From Bacteroidales bacterium (GTDB lineage: Bacteria > Bacteroidota > Bacteroidia > Bacteroidales > UBA3663): DNA of 64,000 nucleotides. The notes beneath the pieces were generated by a model that saw nothing but the letters and a program-made list of their open reading frames with translations, searched no databases and had not been told where the DNA came from. The translations under genes were made by a program, and so were the position numbers. Below, piece after piece: positions 37,880-46,693 of the stretch (positions are counted from its first letter, which is position 1; each line of letters begins with the position of its first letter). Location of the stretch: the NCBI GenBank assembly GCA_045628985.1, contig JAZQQH010000132.1, forward strand, positions 8 through 64,007, in the 5' to 3' direction.

Positions 37880-39424
37880 TTACCAGATGCTACTTAATGT
37901 GCGGTACTGCACATTAGTAGCTGAGGCTGGGACGCTGATCTGGTTATAGATAGATTTAGGGAATACGAGGTTGGTCATTGTCAGTGTTCCATCGGCAGAG
38001 AAGATCTCTACAGACGACTGGTCAACGTAGATGTCCAAGGTTATGGTAGGCTCAGAGGTGTAGATCTTACCATTCACCGATGGAATAGAGAAGTTGTTCA
38101 CGGCAACACCAGTAGCCGAGGTGCGCTTGGCACACAACTGGCGATAAATGGTGTTGGTCGAAATCTCGTATGCCTCATTCTCCTCATTGCTGAGGGTGAT
38201 GGTGCAAGCCTCGTTGGTCGGGATGGTGAGCTGCAAGTGATAAGCTGCAGGATTACCTACTGAGCCATTATTGATCTGCTGCCACTTACCGGCAATCTTG
38301 TCAATCTCCTTAACCACATGGCCAGCAATCATTGGCTTGCCGTCAGTGTTGACGAGCGAGAGTTCGCGTGGCAATGTGAAGGCTGAGCGCCATGGGTCAC
38401 ATGGCACGTCGCCAGAATACATCCAGTTGTTCATCCATCCGATCAGGATCTTACGGTCATCAGGCGTATTGCTCCAGGTTACACCCGCGTAATTGTCGAG
38501 ACCGAAATCCATCCACATCGGATAATCAAGGTCGTCGGCCGTGAAGGTCTTACCATCGAAATCGCCAATGAAACACATGATGCCAGAACCACCGAAAGGT
38601 CCGCCAGGGTTGACGTTGACAATGAGGACCCATTTCTTTCCACCTTCATAGTCGAGCTGGATAAGGTCCGGACATTCCCACTGGATTCCCTTGTTCAGAT
38701 GTGTCTCGTATTTGAATGTGCTGGCATAAGTCCAGTTGCGAAGATCAGGACTTGTCCAGAACTCTGCTGCTTTTTCCCAACCTAAAGCCAGTGCCATGAC
38801 CCACCGCTGAGACTCCTCATGCCAGAATACTTTAGGGTCACGGAAGTCACCGCGAGTCGTGTTGCCAATGATAGGGTTGCCTTCATATTTGGTGAACGAC
38901 AAACCGCCATCCTTGCTATAGGCCATGCTCTGCTGCTGGTGGTCGCCAGCGCTGGTATACAGGGCGATGAAAGCATTCTCGCCGAACCCTGCTGTGTTGT
39001 TCTTGTCAATGACTGCCGAGCCAGAGAAGATATCACCAAGATTATCCTTGATCAAAGCGGTTGGCTGCTCCGTCCAGTGCATCAGGTCGGTACTGGTAGC
39101 ATGTCCCCAGCTCATGTTGCCCCAGACGTTGCCGTATGGATTATACTGATAGAAGAGGTGCCAGGTGCCATTGACATAGACCATGCCATTAGGGTCGTTC
39201 ACCCAGTTCTTGATAGGTGTGTAGTGGACCTGAGGACGGTAAAGTTCATGGTAGGCGCCCTGTGGCGTAGGGGTAGGAGTAGGTGTCGGCGTGGGTGTTG
39301 GATTCGGCCCTGGTGTAGGGGTCGGTGTAGGATTGATGATCGGATCATCGCTGCCACCCTCACTACAAGATGCTACGCAGAGAAGTCCTAACGCAAGCAC
39401 AAGAGTAGTGTTAAGTCTGTTCAT
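37880..39424 (-). CDS. GH32 fructan hydrolase, surface lipoprotein
   Basis: Lipobox CVAS-C, PT-rich linker, WVNDPNG/FRDP/WECPD; start MNRLNTT. Confidence 0.92.
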   Translation of the reverse strand: MNRLNTTLVLALGLLCVASCSEGGSDDPIINPTPTPTPGPNPTPTPTPTPTPTPQGAYHELYRPQVHYTPIKNWVNDPNGMVYVNGTWHLFYQYNPYGNVWGNMSWGHATSTDLMHWTEQPTALIKDNLGDIFSGSAVIDKNNTAGFGENAFIALYTSAGDHQQQSMAYSKDGGLSFTKYEGNPIIGNTTRGDFRDPKVFWHEESQRWVMALALGWEKAAEFWTSPDLRNWTYASTFKYETHLNKGIQWECPDLIQLDYEGGKKWVLIVNVNPGGPFGGSGIMCFIGDFDGKTFTADDLDYPMWMDFGLDNYAGVTWSNTPDDRKILIGWMNNWMYSGDVPCDPWRSAFTLPRELSLVNTDGKPMIAGHVVKEIDKIAGKWQQINNGSVGNPAAYHLQLTIPTNEACTITLSNEENEAYEISTNTIYRQLCAKRTSATGVAVNNFSIPSVNGKIYTSEPTITLDIYVDQSSVEIFSADGTLTMTNLVFPKSIYNQISVPASATNVQYRTLSSIW

Positions 39425-39540
39425 TAGGTGTCTATTTAAATATATAATGTGTAGAAAATAAACCCACAAGAATTTTACGAATGTCAAAAATGGTTGTAAT
39501 TCTTCAATTCATAAAATTCTTGTGGCATTTTTTTCACTTG

Positions 39541-39579
39541 TCCTTCGGTGCGCATCCTTAAGACGCGCACTGAAGGAAG
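39541..39579 (-). terminator. Hairpin between the SGBP and GH32 genes
   Basis: tccttcggtgcgc...gcgcactgaagga. Confidence 0.55.
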
Positions 39580-39597
39580 CAAACATCTCACACTTGC

Positions 39598-41109
39598 TTA
39601 TCGGGTCTTAAGGTACTCGATAGCGTTCTTAGCCATACGCTCAATGTTTGGCTGATAAACATTGGTAGAAGGCTGCTTGAGAACGTCGAAGCTGCCATCA
39701 GCCTGCTTGAGGTAGAAGTTACAGCCACCGTTACCAACGCAGATGAGGGTGCCCTGGAACTCGGTGTTACCCTGCTGAGCCTCCCATACGTTGAGCTGGC
39801 TTACCCAGTTGATCTGGCTGTCCCAAGTACCGAGTGGGATGATACCGTAGGTCTTGGTTGTAACGTTGTAGCAAGCCTCCTCCTGGTTGCCGATGCCGGT
39901 GAGAACCGAAGGAAGGTTGAAGAACAAGCAGTTATGGTCCTCAGTGAATGCACCATTCTTGAATGCGATGAGCTTGGTGTTGCCAGCAGGCTCTACGTCA
40001 AGACCACGGAAGATTGGGTGGTTAGAAGCATCCTTCATGAAGCGGCCATCGCCAGGAGCAAGCTGTACAGCCATCTTCCAGGTGTCAGGGTTGTTGTCAC
40101 CCCAGTAGCCGATAGCGTTGTCGTTCTGCTTCATCATGTCGAGGCTCAGACGGCCAAGGTGACCTACATAAGTAGTAGCGTGGCCCCAGAGGAGCATGCT
40201 GCCGCCGTTCTTATACCACTCAGTTACGTATGGAGTAGCGTTGTTAACAACCTCAGGATAATCCCAAGCGCTGCCAGAAACGTCTGGATTGTCAATATCG
40301 CGCATGAAGAATGCTACACGATATGGCTCGAGAACCTCAGCAGAAGTGATGCTGCTGAATGGAACGAAAGCACCGTTAGGATAGGTAGCGTGGAACCATA
40401 CCCAGCCATAAGCCTCGTCATCATCACCCTTCTCGATGAGCTCCTCAGGAGTATCATAGAGGCTGAGGTAAGCAACAGCGAGCTTACCGATGCGGAGTGA
40501 AGAGCTGACAGGGAGAGAAGTACCCTCACCATTCTCAGCCACGAGTGTTACGCTCCAGGTCTCGCCTTCCTTGACGTCCTCAATCTTGAAAGAGGTCTGG
40601 TTAGCAGCAAGAGACTCCTTGATCTGACGACCAGCGCCATTGTCTGCCACGAGGTTAACCTTAGTAGCGTTAGAACCAGCGGTGCTCCACTCTACGGTAG
40701 CATCATAGCCACCAGCCTTCTCGAGCTGAGCCATGCTGATGTTCGAGCACTTGCCAGCACCCGGACGGGTATACTCCTTGATGACACCCTTAGAGAAATT
40801 GCCCTTGCCGTCAGCAAGCTTGAGGATGTACATATAAGGTACGTTGGTGTCGATGTCACGGTGTACGTAAGTGTTGCCAGTAACGATCTCTGAACCAGCC
40901 TTATTGCCATTAGCATAGCGGGTTACCTGCATCTGAGCAGAAGCGTCTGACCAGGTCAGCACGTAGTTGTCGCCCTGGAGGCTGCCCTGGATAGCCTCTG
41001 TATTAGGAGCAGAGAGAACAGGATCAGCGATCTCAATGTCCATGTCAGCGTTGCAAGCAGTCATACCACCAGCAAGGGCCAACATAGCGAAGAAATATCT
41101 TGTTTTCAT
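39598..41109 (-). CDS. DUF4960-like surface glycan-binding lipoprotein
   Basis: Lipobox MTA-C, Ig/FN3-like repeats, EDHNC motif, C-terminal NAIEYL; follows susD. Confidence 0.8.
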   Translation of the reverse strand: MKTRYFFAMLALAGGMTACNADMDIEIADPVLSAPNTEAIQGSLQGDNYVLTWSDASAQMQVTRYANGNKAGSEIVTGNTYVHRDIDTNVPYMYILKLADGKGNFSKGVIKEYTRPGAGKCSNISMAQLEKAGGYDATVEWSTAGSNATKVNLVADNGAGRQIKESLAANQTSFKIEDVKEGETWSVTLVAENGEGTSLPVSSSLRIGKLAVAYLSLYDTPEELIEKGDDDEAYGWVWFHATYPNGAFVPFSSITSAEVLEPYRVAFFMRDIDNPDVSGSAWDYPEVVNNATPYVTEWYKNGGSMLLWGHATTYVGHLGRLSLDMMKQNDNAIGYWGDNNPDTWKMAVQLAPGDGRFMKDASNHPIFRGLDVEPAGNTKLIAFKNGAFTEDHNCLFFNLPSVLTGIGNQEEACYNVTTKTYGIIPLGTWDSQINWVSQLNVWEAQQGNTEFQGTLICVGNGGCNFYLKQADGSFDVLKQPSTNVYQPNIERMAKNAIEYLKTR

Positions 41110-41226
41110 TTTATTTCTATTATTAAATTGATGAGTAAACTCCCCCAACTGATTATTATTTCCAAAGAAGTGGTAATCACTCCCCCTCCCTATTAACGGA
41201 AGGGGGCAAGGGGGGTGGGTCTCCTA

Positions 41227-42984
41227 TTAATATCCAGCGTTCTGAGTATAAAGACCTGGAACGTAGAAGAGCTGCTGGTAAGGGATTGGCCAGTACTCGT
41301 TCTTGCCTGCAGTGAAGTGTGCAGAAGCGAGGTAGCCAGCGTAATCCATACCCTCGTAGTTAGAGTTCTGCTCAGCTGCGAAGTATGCGTTCATGGTTTC
41401 TGAAGCCATACCCCAACGACGGAGGTCGAAGAAGCGCTCTGACTCCATAGCCATCTCAAGACGCTTCTCCCAACGGAGATACATACGAGCCACATTCTTA
41501 TCAGTGGTTGATGGATAATCGCTCAAGTGTGCGATCTTATCAGCTGCATAGTTGATATACTTTGCTACAGAGTTGTTTGCACGATGACGGAGAGCGTTAA
41601 GGATTTCGATAGCATCACCAGTCTCGCCAAGCTCAATAAGAGCCTCTGCACGCCAGAGAGCAACCTCAGAGTAACGAACCACGTAGTCGTTCATTGCGAA
41701 GCCCTGCCAGGTACCCTCGGTGTAGCTCTCGCCCTTTGAGCGCTGTGGAACCTCCTTCAATGAAGTATAGTAGCCGTAAGAAGAAGGACAACGAGCGTTC
41801 TTATCCTTGTCGAGAGTATAAGCTGACTCATACTTATATGGATAGGTAGGAAGACCTACAGTGTGGAAGAGACGTGGATCCCACTTCTGGGTCTGCTCTA
41901 CGCCATTGAGAGGATAGATGTTGTGCTCCTTCTCATAGTCGTTGAACATTGGGAGACCGTCCTCACCGACCTTGAATGCATTGACAAGGTTCTGCGATGG
42001 CTTGTGGAAGTCCCAACCCTTTGACCAGATACCGTGGCAGCCGTTGAGCATGTTGCTCCAGTTAGAGCGACCGAACTTGGTGTTATCGTCCTCATAGTTA
42101 GAGTGCTGCACAGCGAAGATTGACTCTACGCCATTGCGGTTGTCCTGCATGAAGATATCACCGAAATCGTCCTCCATGTGATAGCGACCTCTGTTATCTG
42201 CCTGATAGATCATACCAGTATAGGTCTTGACCTTATCCATGTCTGCAGTGTTGACGTGGCTGTAGCCAGTGTTAGCCTCATAGCCATCACCATAAGCCTT
42301 GGTCAGGTAGCACTTAGCCAACATAGCAGCTGCAGCGTACTTGTTGACGCGAGCCTTCTCGTCCTGCTGCTCTGGGAGGTTGTTATACGCGAACTCGAAG
42401 TCAGCGATGATCTTGTCCATCAGCTGAGCGTGAGTCAGTTCATCGTTGCGGGTCTGCTCCTGAGTAGCATTAGCGAGGATCTCCTCGTCAATGAAAGGAA
42501 CCTGATTGAAGAGCTGTGCAAGCTTGAAGTAGAAATGACCGCGGAGGAAGCGAGCCTCACCCATGCGGCTCTGAGCCTTAGCACCGAGCTTCTCCTCACC
42601 CTTGTCGCGTACGGCCATGATGGCACGGTTGCAACGTGAGATAGAGACATAGAGGTGATACCAGAGCTCATCCATGTGGCCACCAGGGTTGGTAGATGAG
42701 AGCGAGCTCCACATCTCAACAGCGTGATACTCAGTATCGCCAGTATCACCACCGCCCTTGAGAGCGTCATCGCTGGCCAGTGAGCCGTAAGGCCAGAGGT
42801 TGAAAGGATAGGTATACCAGTCAGCACCGAGAGCTGCATAAGCTGCAGTCACCATGGCATCTGGATCATCAAATGCGAGCTCCTCATCAACGATACCAGA
42901 AGGCTTAACCTCAAGGAAATCATCGCAGCTGCTCATGCTCAATGTTGCAGCAAGTGCAAGGGCTCCGAAAATATATTTTTTCAT
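41227..42984 (-). CDS. SusD/RagB family lipoprotein (fructan PUL)
   Basis: Lipobox, GEARFLRGHFYF, VRYSEVALWRAEA, RFFDLRRW, QNAGY end. Confidence 0.95.
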   Translation of the reverse strand: MKKYIFGALALAATLSMSSCDDFLEVKPSGIVDEELAFDDPDAMVTAAYAALGADWYTYPFNLWPYGSLASDDALKGGGDTGDTEYHAVEMWSSLSSTNPGGHMDELWYHLYVSISRCNRAIMAVRDKGEEKLGAKAQSRMGEARFLRGHFYFKLAQLFNQVPFIDEEILANATQEQTRNDELTHAQLMDKIIADFEFAYNNLPEQQDEKARVNKYAAAAMLAKCYLTKAYGDGYEANTGYSHVNTADMDKVKTYTGMIYQADNRGRYHMEDDFGDIFMQDNRNGVESIFAVQHSNYEDDNTKFGRSNWSNMLNGCHGIWSKGWDFHKPSQNLVNAFKVGEDGLPMFNDYEKEHNIYPLNGVEQTQKWDPRLFHTVGLPTYPYKYESAYTLDKDKNARCPSSYGYYTSLKEVPQRSKGESYTEGTWQGFAMNDYVVRYSEVALWRAEALIELGETGDAIEILNALRHRANNSVAKYINYAADKIAHLSDYPSTTDKNVARMYLRWEKRLEMAMESERFFDLRRWGMASETMNAYFAAEQNSNYEGMDYAGYLASAHFTAGKNEYWPIPYQQLFYVPGLYTQNAGY

Positions 42985-42988
42985 ATTA

Positions 42989-43120
42989 GTTCGTTGTTTT
43001 GTTGTTTTGTTACTTTGTTCTTATGTTTTATGTTGTTTTGTTGTTTTGTTGTGGTGTTAAGCATTAACAAAAGAACATATTAACAAAAGAACAAAAGAAC
43101 ATAATTACATATTAACATTG
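42989..43120. repeat. Inverted 8-mer tandem repeats filling the susC-susD gap
   Basis: ttgttttg units followed by aacaaaag units. Confidence 0.75.
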
Positions 43121-43121
43121 A

Positions 43122-46100
43122 TTAGAAACCAATCTGGATACCTGCAGTGATAGAGGTTGAGATAGGATAAGCGAAGCCTGGGTTCTCAGGATCGGTGCAA
43201 GTCAGGCTGCTGCTCTTGATGGTAGCAAGGTTGTTGCCACTGAGGTATACGCGAGCGCTGCCGATGTTAGCCTTCTTGAGGAGCTTCTCTGGGAAGTTGT
43301 AGCCCACCTGGAGGGTACGGAGCTTGAGGTAAGAGCCATTCTCTACGAAGTAGGTTGAAGCACGACCCTCGTCAGAGTTGTTCATAGTCGAGAGCATTGG
43401 GATAGAGCTCTTCTCGTTTTCGCCTGGCAACCAACCGTTGAGAAGACGGCTACCCTTGCTTGAGTTTACGTCGACGAGACCGTAGAAGTCGGTCTGGAAC
43501 TTCTGGCCGTTGTAGACATCCTGACCAGAAACGCCCTGCCAGAACATCTGGAAGTCGAAGCCCTTATAGTCGAGGTTTACAGTAAGACCGTAAGAGAAGT
43601 CTGGTACTGGGTTGAAGATCCAGGTCTGGTCATCGCTGTTGATCACGCCGTTGCCATCAAGGTCAGCATACTTGATACCACCGAGACGTGCATTCTCCTG
43701 TCCTGAAGCGAGAACCTCCTCACGGCTGGTGAAGAGGCCGTCAGCCACATAACCTACGCTTGAACCGTAAGGCACCTTAGCCTCGATGAGGTTCTGCTTA
43801 GAGGTGTGAGCATAAGAACCAGTGGTGGTCTCAGGCAACCAGGTTACACGGTTGCGGAAGAAGTCAACGTTACCAGAGATGTTGTAACCCATGCCGAATG
43901 AAGTAGTGCCACGGTAGCCGAGGGTAAGCTCCATACCCCAGTTACGGAGCGATGGACCGTTGAGCCAGCTTGCACCACCTTCACCTACAGAACCGAGGTA
44001 AGCTGGGTTGATAAGCATATCCTTTACGTCCTTGATATAAGCATCGAAGGTACCGTAGAGGTCATTGTTGAAGAAACCGAAGTCAGCACCGAAGTTCCAC
44101 TGCTCAGCGGTCTCCCACTTAAGGTTGTCATTACCAGTACTCTGTACACGGTAGCCACTGTTATACTGGCCGCCGCCTTCGCCCTTCATATCATAAGCAG
44201 TACCGTCCTGACGGCCTGTACCGTAGTCAGCGATGAAGATGGTGTAGCGTGCAGAGTTGTCGATAGCCTGGTTACCGGTCTGACCCCAAGAAGCACGGAG
44301 CTTCAAGTCGCTGAGCCAGTCGATGTGGAGGTTCTTAGAGAGACGATAACCGAGAGAAGCTGCTGGGAAGGTACCATAGCGGTTGTTCTTACCGAAGCGG
44401 CTCGAACCATCTCGACGGATGGTGAATGATGCGAGGATCAAGTCCTGCCAGTTATAGTCGAGTTTACCGAAGAGAGAAACAAGTGAATAACCAACGTTAG
44501 CACCGTTGAGACGCATGGTACCAGTTGCAGCGTTTGGCCACATATAGAGCTCGTTCTCGATAGCGAAGTCCTCAGCAGTACCGTTGATGTTGACGAAGTC
44601 CTGCTTGTAGAGCTCGAAACCAGCCAGAGCGGTGAGGGTGTGATCCTCAGGCAGTGGTACGAGGTAGTTAGCGGTGTTCGACCAGTTCCACTTCAGGTCG
44701 TTGGTCTGATCTACACTGGTCTTAGGAGTCTTCTCCGATACGTTGTCAGAGATGAAGGTGTAGGTCATGTGGTGGATGAAGTTGGCGTTGTAGTCAATAC
44801 CGAAGTTTGAGCGGAGGGTAAGGCCCTTGAGAGGCTTGAGGTCGAGGTAGCCGTTACCGAAGATACGCCACATCTTGAGGCGGTTATCCTTGTTGTAAGC
44901 GAGCTCGCGCATTGGGTTCTGACGGTCACGCATTGAGCCGACAGGGCCACCGTAGGTTGTACCATCCTTCTCGAATACTGGGATGATAGCTGGCATCTTG
45001 AGCGCGTTCTCAAGAGGAGCGCAGTCCACCTGGTCGCTGTAAGTGAGGGTGAAGTTCTCGCCCACGCTTACCATCTTATTAATATTATAGGTAGAGTTGA
45101 GACGGATAGCGATGTTCTCGAAGTCAGTGTACTTCAATACACCCTCAGCCTTCTTGTAACCGATGCTGAGCATCTGGGTGCTCTTCTCGGTACCGTTGCT
45201 GATCGAGAGGTCATAGTTCTGAGTGATAGCAGTACGGCTGATCTCGCTGAGCCAGTCAGTATCGCTGAGACGCATCTTCTCGCTGGCGTTGATAAACTCG
45301 CCATTGCCGTATGCACCAGCCACGGTGTAGTTCTTATACTGGCCAGTAGCAATATCGTAAGCCTGGATGCCAAAGCCGCTGCTTGCGTTGAGGTTCAAAC
45401 CATAGTTATAAGCATAAGCCACTGGGTCGATACCATCGTTGAGAGCAGCCTGAGCCATAGCGGTAGCATACTCACGAGCGTTCATGAGCTTCATCTTCGA
45501 CTGACCGTTGTAGAAGTTAGCAGTCAAAGCAGCGTTGAAGTCGATCTTGATCTTGCCCTCGTTCTTCTTACCGCTCTTGGTGGTGATGATGATGACACCG
45601 TTGGCAGCACGCGAACCGTAGATAGAAGCCGAAGCCGCATCCTTCAAAACTTGCATTGACTCGATGTCGGCAGCGTTGAGGGTGTTGAGGCCAGAGGTGG
45701 TTGGCACACCATCGATGACGTAGAGAGGATCCTGGTTAGAGTTGATAGAGCCGATACCACGGATACGGATGGTAGCAGTACCTGCTGGCGAACCGTTGGT
45801 GGTGACGGTCATACCTGCAACCTTACCCTGCAGTGACTTCATTGGGTCAGGGTTGCTGTTGGTCTTCATGTCCTTGGTAGATACTACAGCTACCGAACCA
45901 GTAAGGTCGGCCTTACGCTGTACGGTATAACCAGTTACTACGAACTCTTCGAGCATCTGGCTGTCTTCGCTCATCTCCACGTTCATGGTCTCCTGTGCTG
46001 GGAGCTGGACGGTGGTATAGCCGATGTAGCTGAACTGAAGGGTGGCTCCCTTCTGGACGGTGAGGTCGAAGTTTCCGTCAAAATCGGTAACAGTACCGTT

Positions 46101-46247
46101 CTGAGTTCCCACTTCGAGGACGGTGGCGCCTAAGACAGGCTCACCGAGCCCCTTGTCCATTACGGTGCCATGAACCTTGATTGTCTGTGCCAATGCCAGC
46201 ATGGTAGTGCAGAGCATCATGGCAGCGATCAATAGGAATCGTTTCAT
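43122..46247 (-). CDS. SusC/RagA TonB-dependent transporter (fructan PUL)
   Basis: LKDAASASIYGSRAANGVIIITTK plug motif, LKWET, ENGSYLKLR, C-terminal F. Confidence 0.96.
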   Translation of the reverse strand: MKRFLLIAAMMLCTTMLALAQTIKVHGTVMDKGLGEPVLGATVLEVGTQNGTVTDFDGNFDLTVQKGATLQFSYIGYTTVQLPAQETMNVEMSEDSQMLEEFVVTGYTVQRKADLTGSVAVVSTKDMKTNSNPDPMKSLQGKVAGMTVTTNGSPAGTATIRIRGIGSINSNQDPLYVIDGVPTTSGLNTLNAADIESMQVLKDAASASIYGSRAANGVIIITTKSGKKNEGKIKIDFNAALTANFYNGQSKMKLMNAREYATAMAQAALNDGIDPVAYAYNYGLNLNASSGFGIQAYDIATGQYKNYTVAGAYGNGEFINASEKMRLSDTDWLSEISRTAITQNYDLSISNGTEKSTQMLSIGYKKAEGVLKYTDFENIAIRLNSTYNINKMVSVGENFTLTYSDQVDCAPLENALKMPAIIPVFEKDGTTYGGPVGSMRDRQNPMRELAYNKDNRLKMWRIFGNGYLDLKPLKGLTLRSNFGIDYNANFIHHMTYTFISDNVSEKTPKTSVDQTNDLKWNWSNTANYLVPLPEDHTLTALAGFELYKQDFVNINGTAEDFAIENELYMWPNAATGTMRLNGANVGYSLVSLFGKLDYNWQDLILASFTIRRDGSSRFGKNNRYGTFPAASLGYRLSKNLHIDWLSDLKLRASWGQTGNQAIDNSARYTIFIADYGTGRQDGTAYDMKGEGGGQYNSGYRVQSTGNDNLKWETAEQWNFGADFGFFNNDLYGTFDAYIKDVKDMLINPAYLGSVGEGGASWLNGPSLRNWGMELTLGYRGTTSFGMGYNISGNVDFFRNRVTWLPETTTGSYAHTSKQNLIEAKVPYGSSVGYVADGLFTSREEVLASGQENARLGGIKYADLDGNGVINSDDQTWIFNPVPDFSYGLTVNLDYKGFDFQMFWQGVSGQDVYNGQKFQTDFYGLVDVNSSKGSRLLNGWLPGENEKSSIPMLSTMNNSDEGRASTYFVENGSYLKLRTLQVGYNFPEKLLKKANIGSARVYLSGNNLATIKSSSLTCTDPENPGFAYPISTSITAGIQIGF

Positions 46248-46355
46248 GTCTTGTGTTTTTAATAAGTTAGAATAATATTTGTTGATTTTTTTTGTTTTTG
46301 TGCGCTAGGTGCTTTTGAGGGAGAAGCAGGTTTCTCTTCTCTCGATTTTCCGGCG

Positions 46356-46425
46356 CAAAGATACTTATATAAAATTAAGCGACTAGAAATTTATGTTGCG
46401 AGGAGAAAGAAAATTGTTGCAGAAA
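46356..46425 (-). promoter_or_regulatory. susC promoter (-7 TATCTTTG) and candidate HTCS binding site
   Basis: caaagata at 46356-46363; tgttgc direct repeat at 46394 and 46415 (21-bp spacing). Confidence 0.6.
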
Positions 46426-46507
46426 AGTATTATGCAACATTTTTTTTAGTCATTGAGTAATATTTCTTATTCTTTTGATCTGTTTCTGGCTCTATGTCTC
46501 TTAAAAA

Positions 46508-46672
46508 AAGGATATCAACACTTGTTTCTAGGTGTTGATATCCTTATGGAATAATTTCGGCACTCAAAAAAAAGTGCCGAATTTTACAATCATGGCATCC
46601 TAGACTCAGTACGCGCTGGAGGATGCCACGACCTCGGCATCCTCCAACGTGTACTGAGTCTAGGATGCCGTG
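46508..46672. repeat. Hairpin cluster downstream of the HTCS gene, including a pair of REP-like palindromes
   Basis: aaggatatcaacac...gtgttgatatcctt; ttcggcact...agtgccgaa; two ggcatcct...aggatgcc units in opposite orientation. Confidence 0.75.
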
Positions 46673-46693
46673 ATTCATGAAGGTATTACCCGA

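Noticed and set aside
39262..39335. Repeat-like sequence in the GH32 lipoprotein gene
   Set aside because: It is an ordinary Pro-Thr linker with varied codons.
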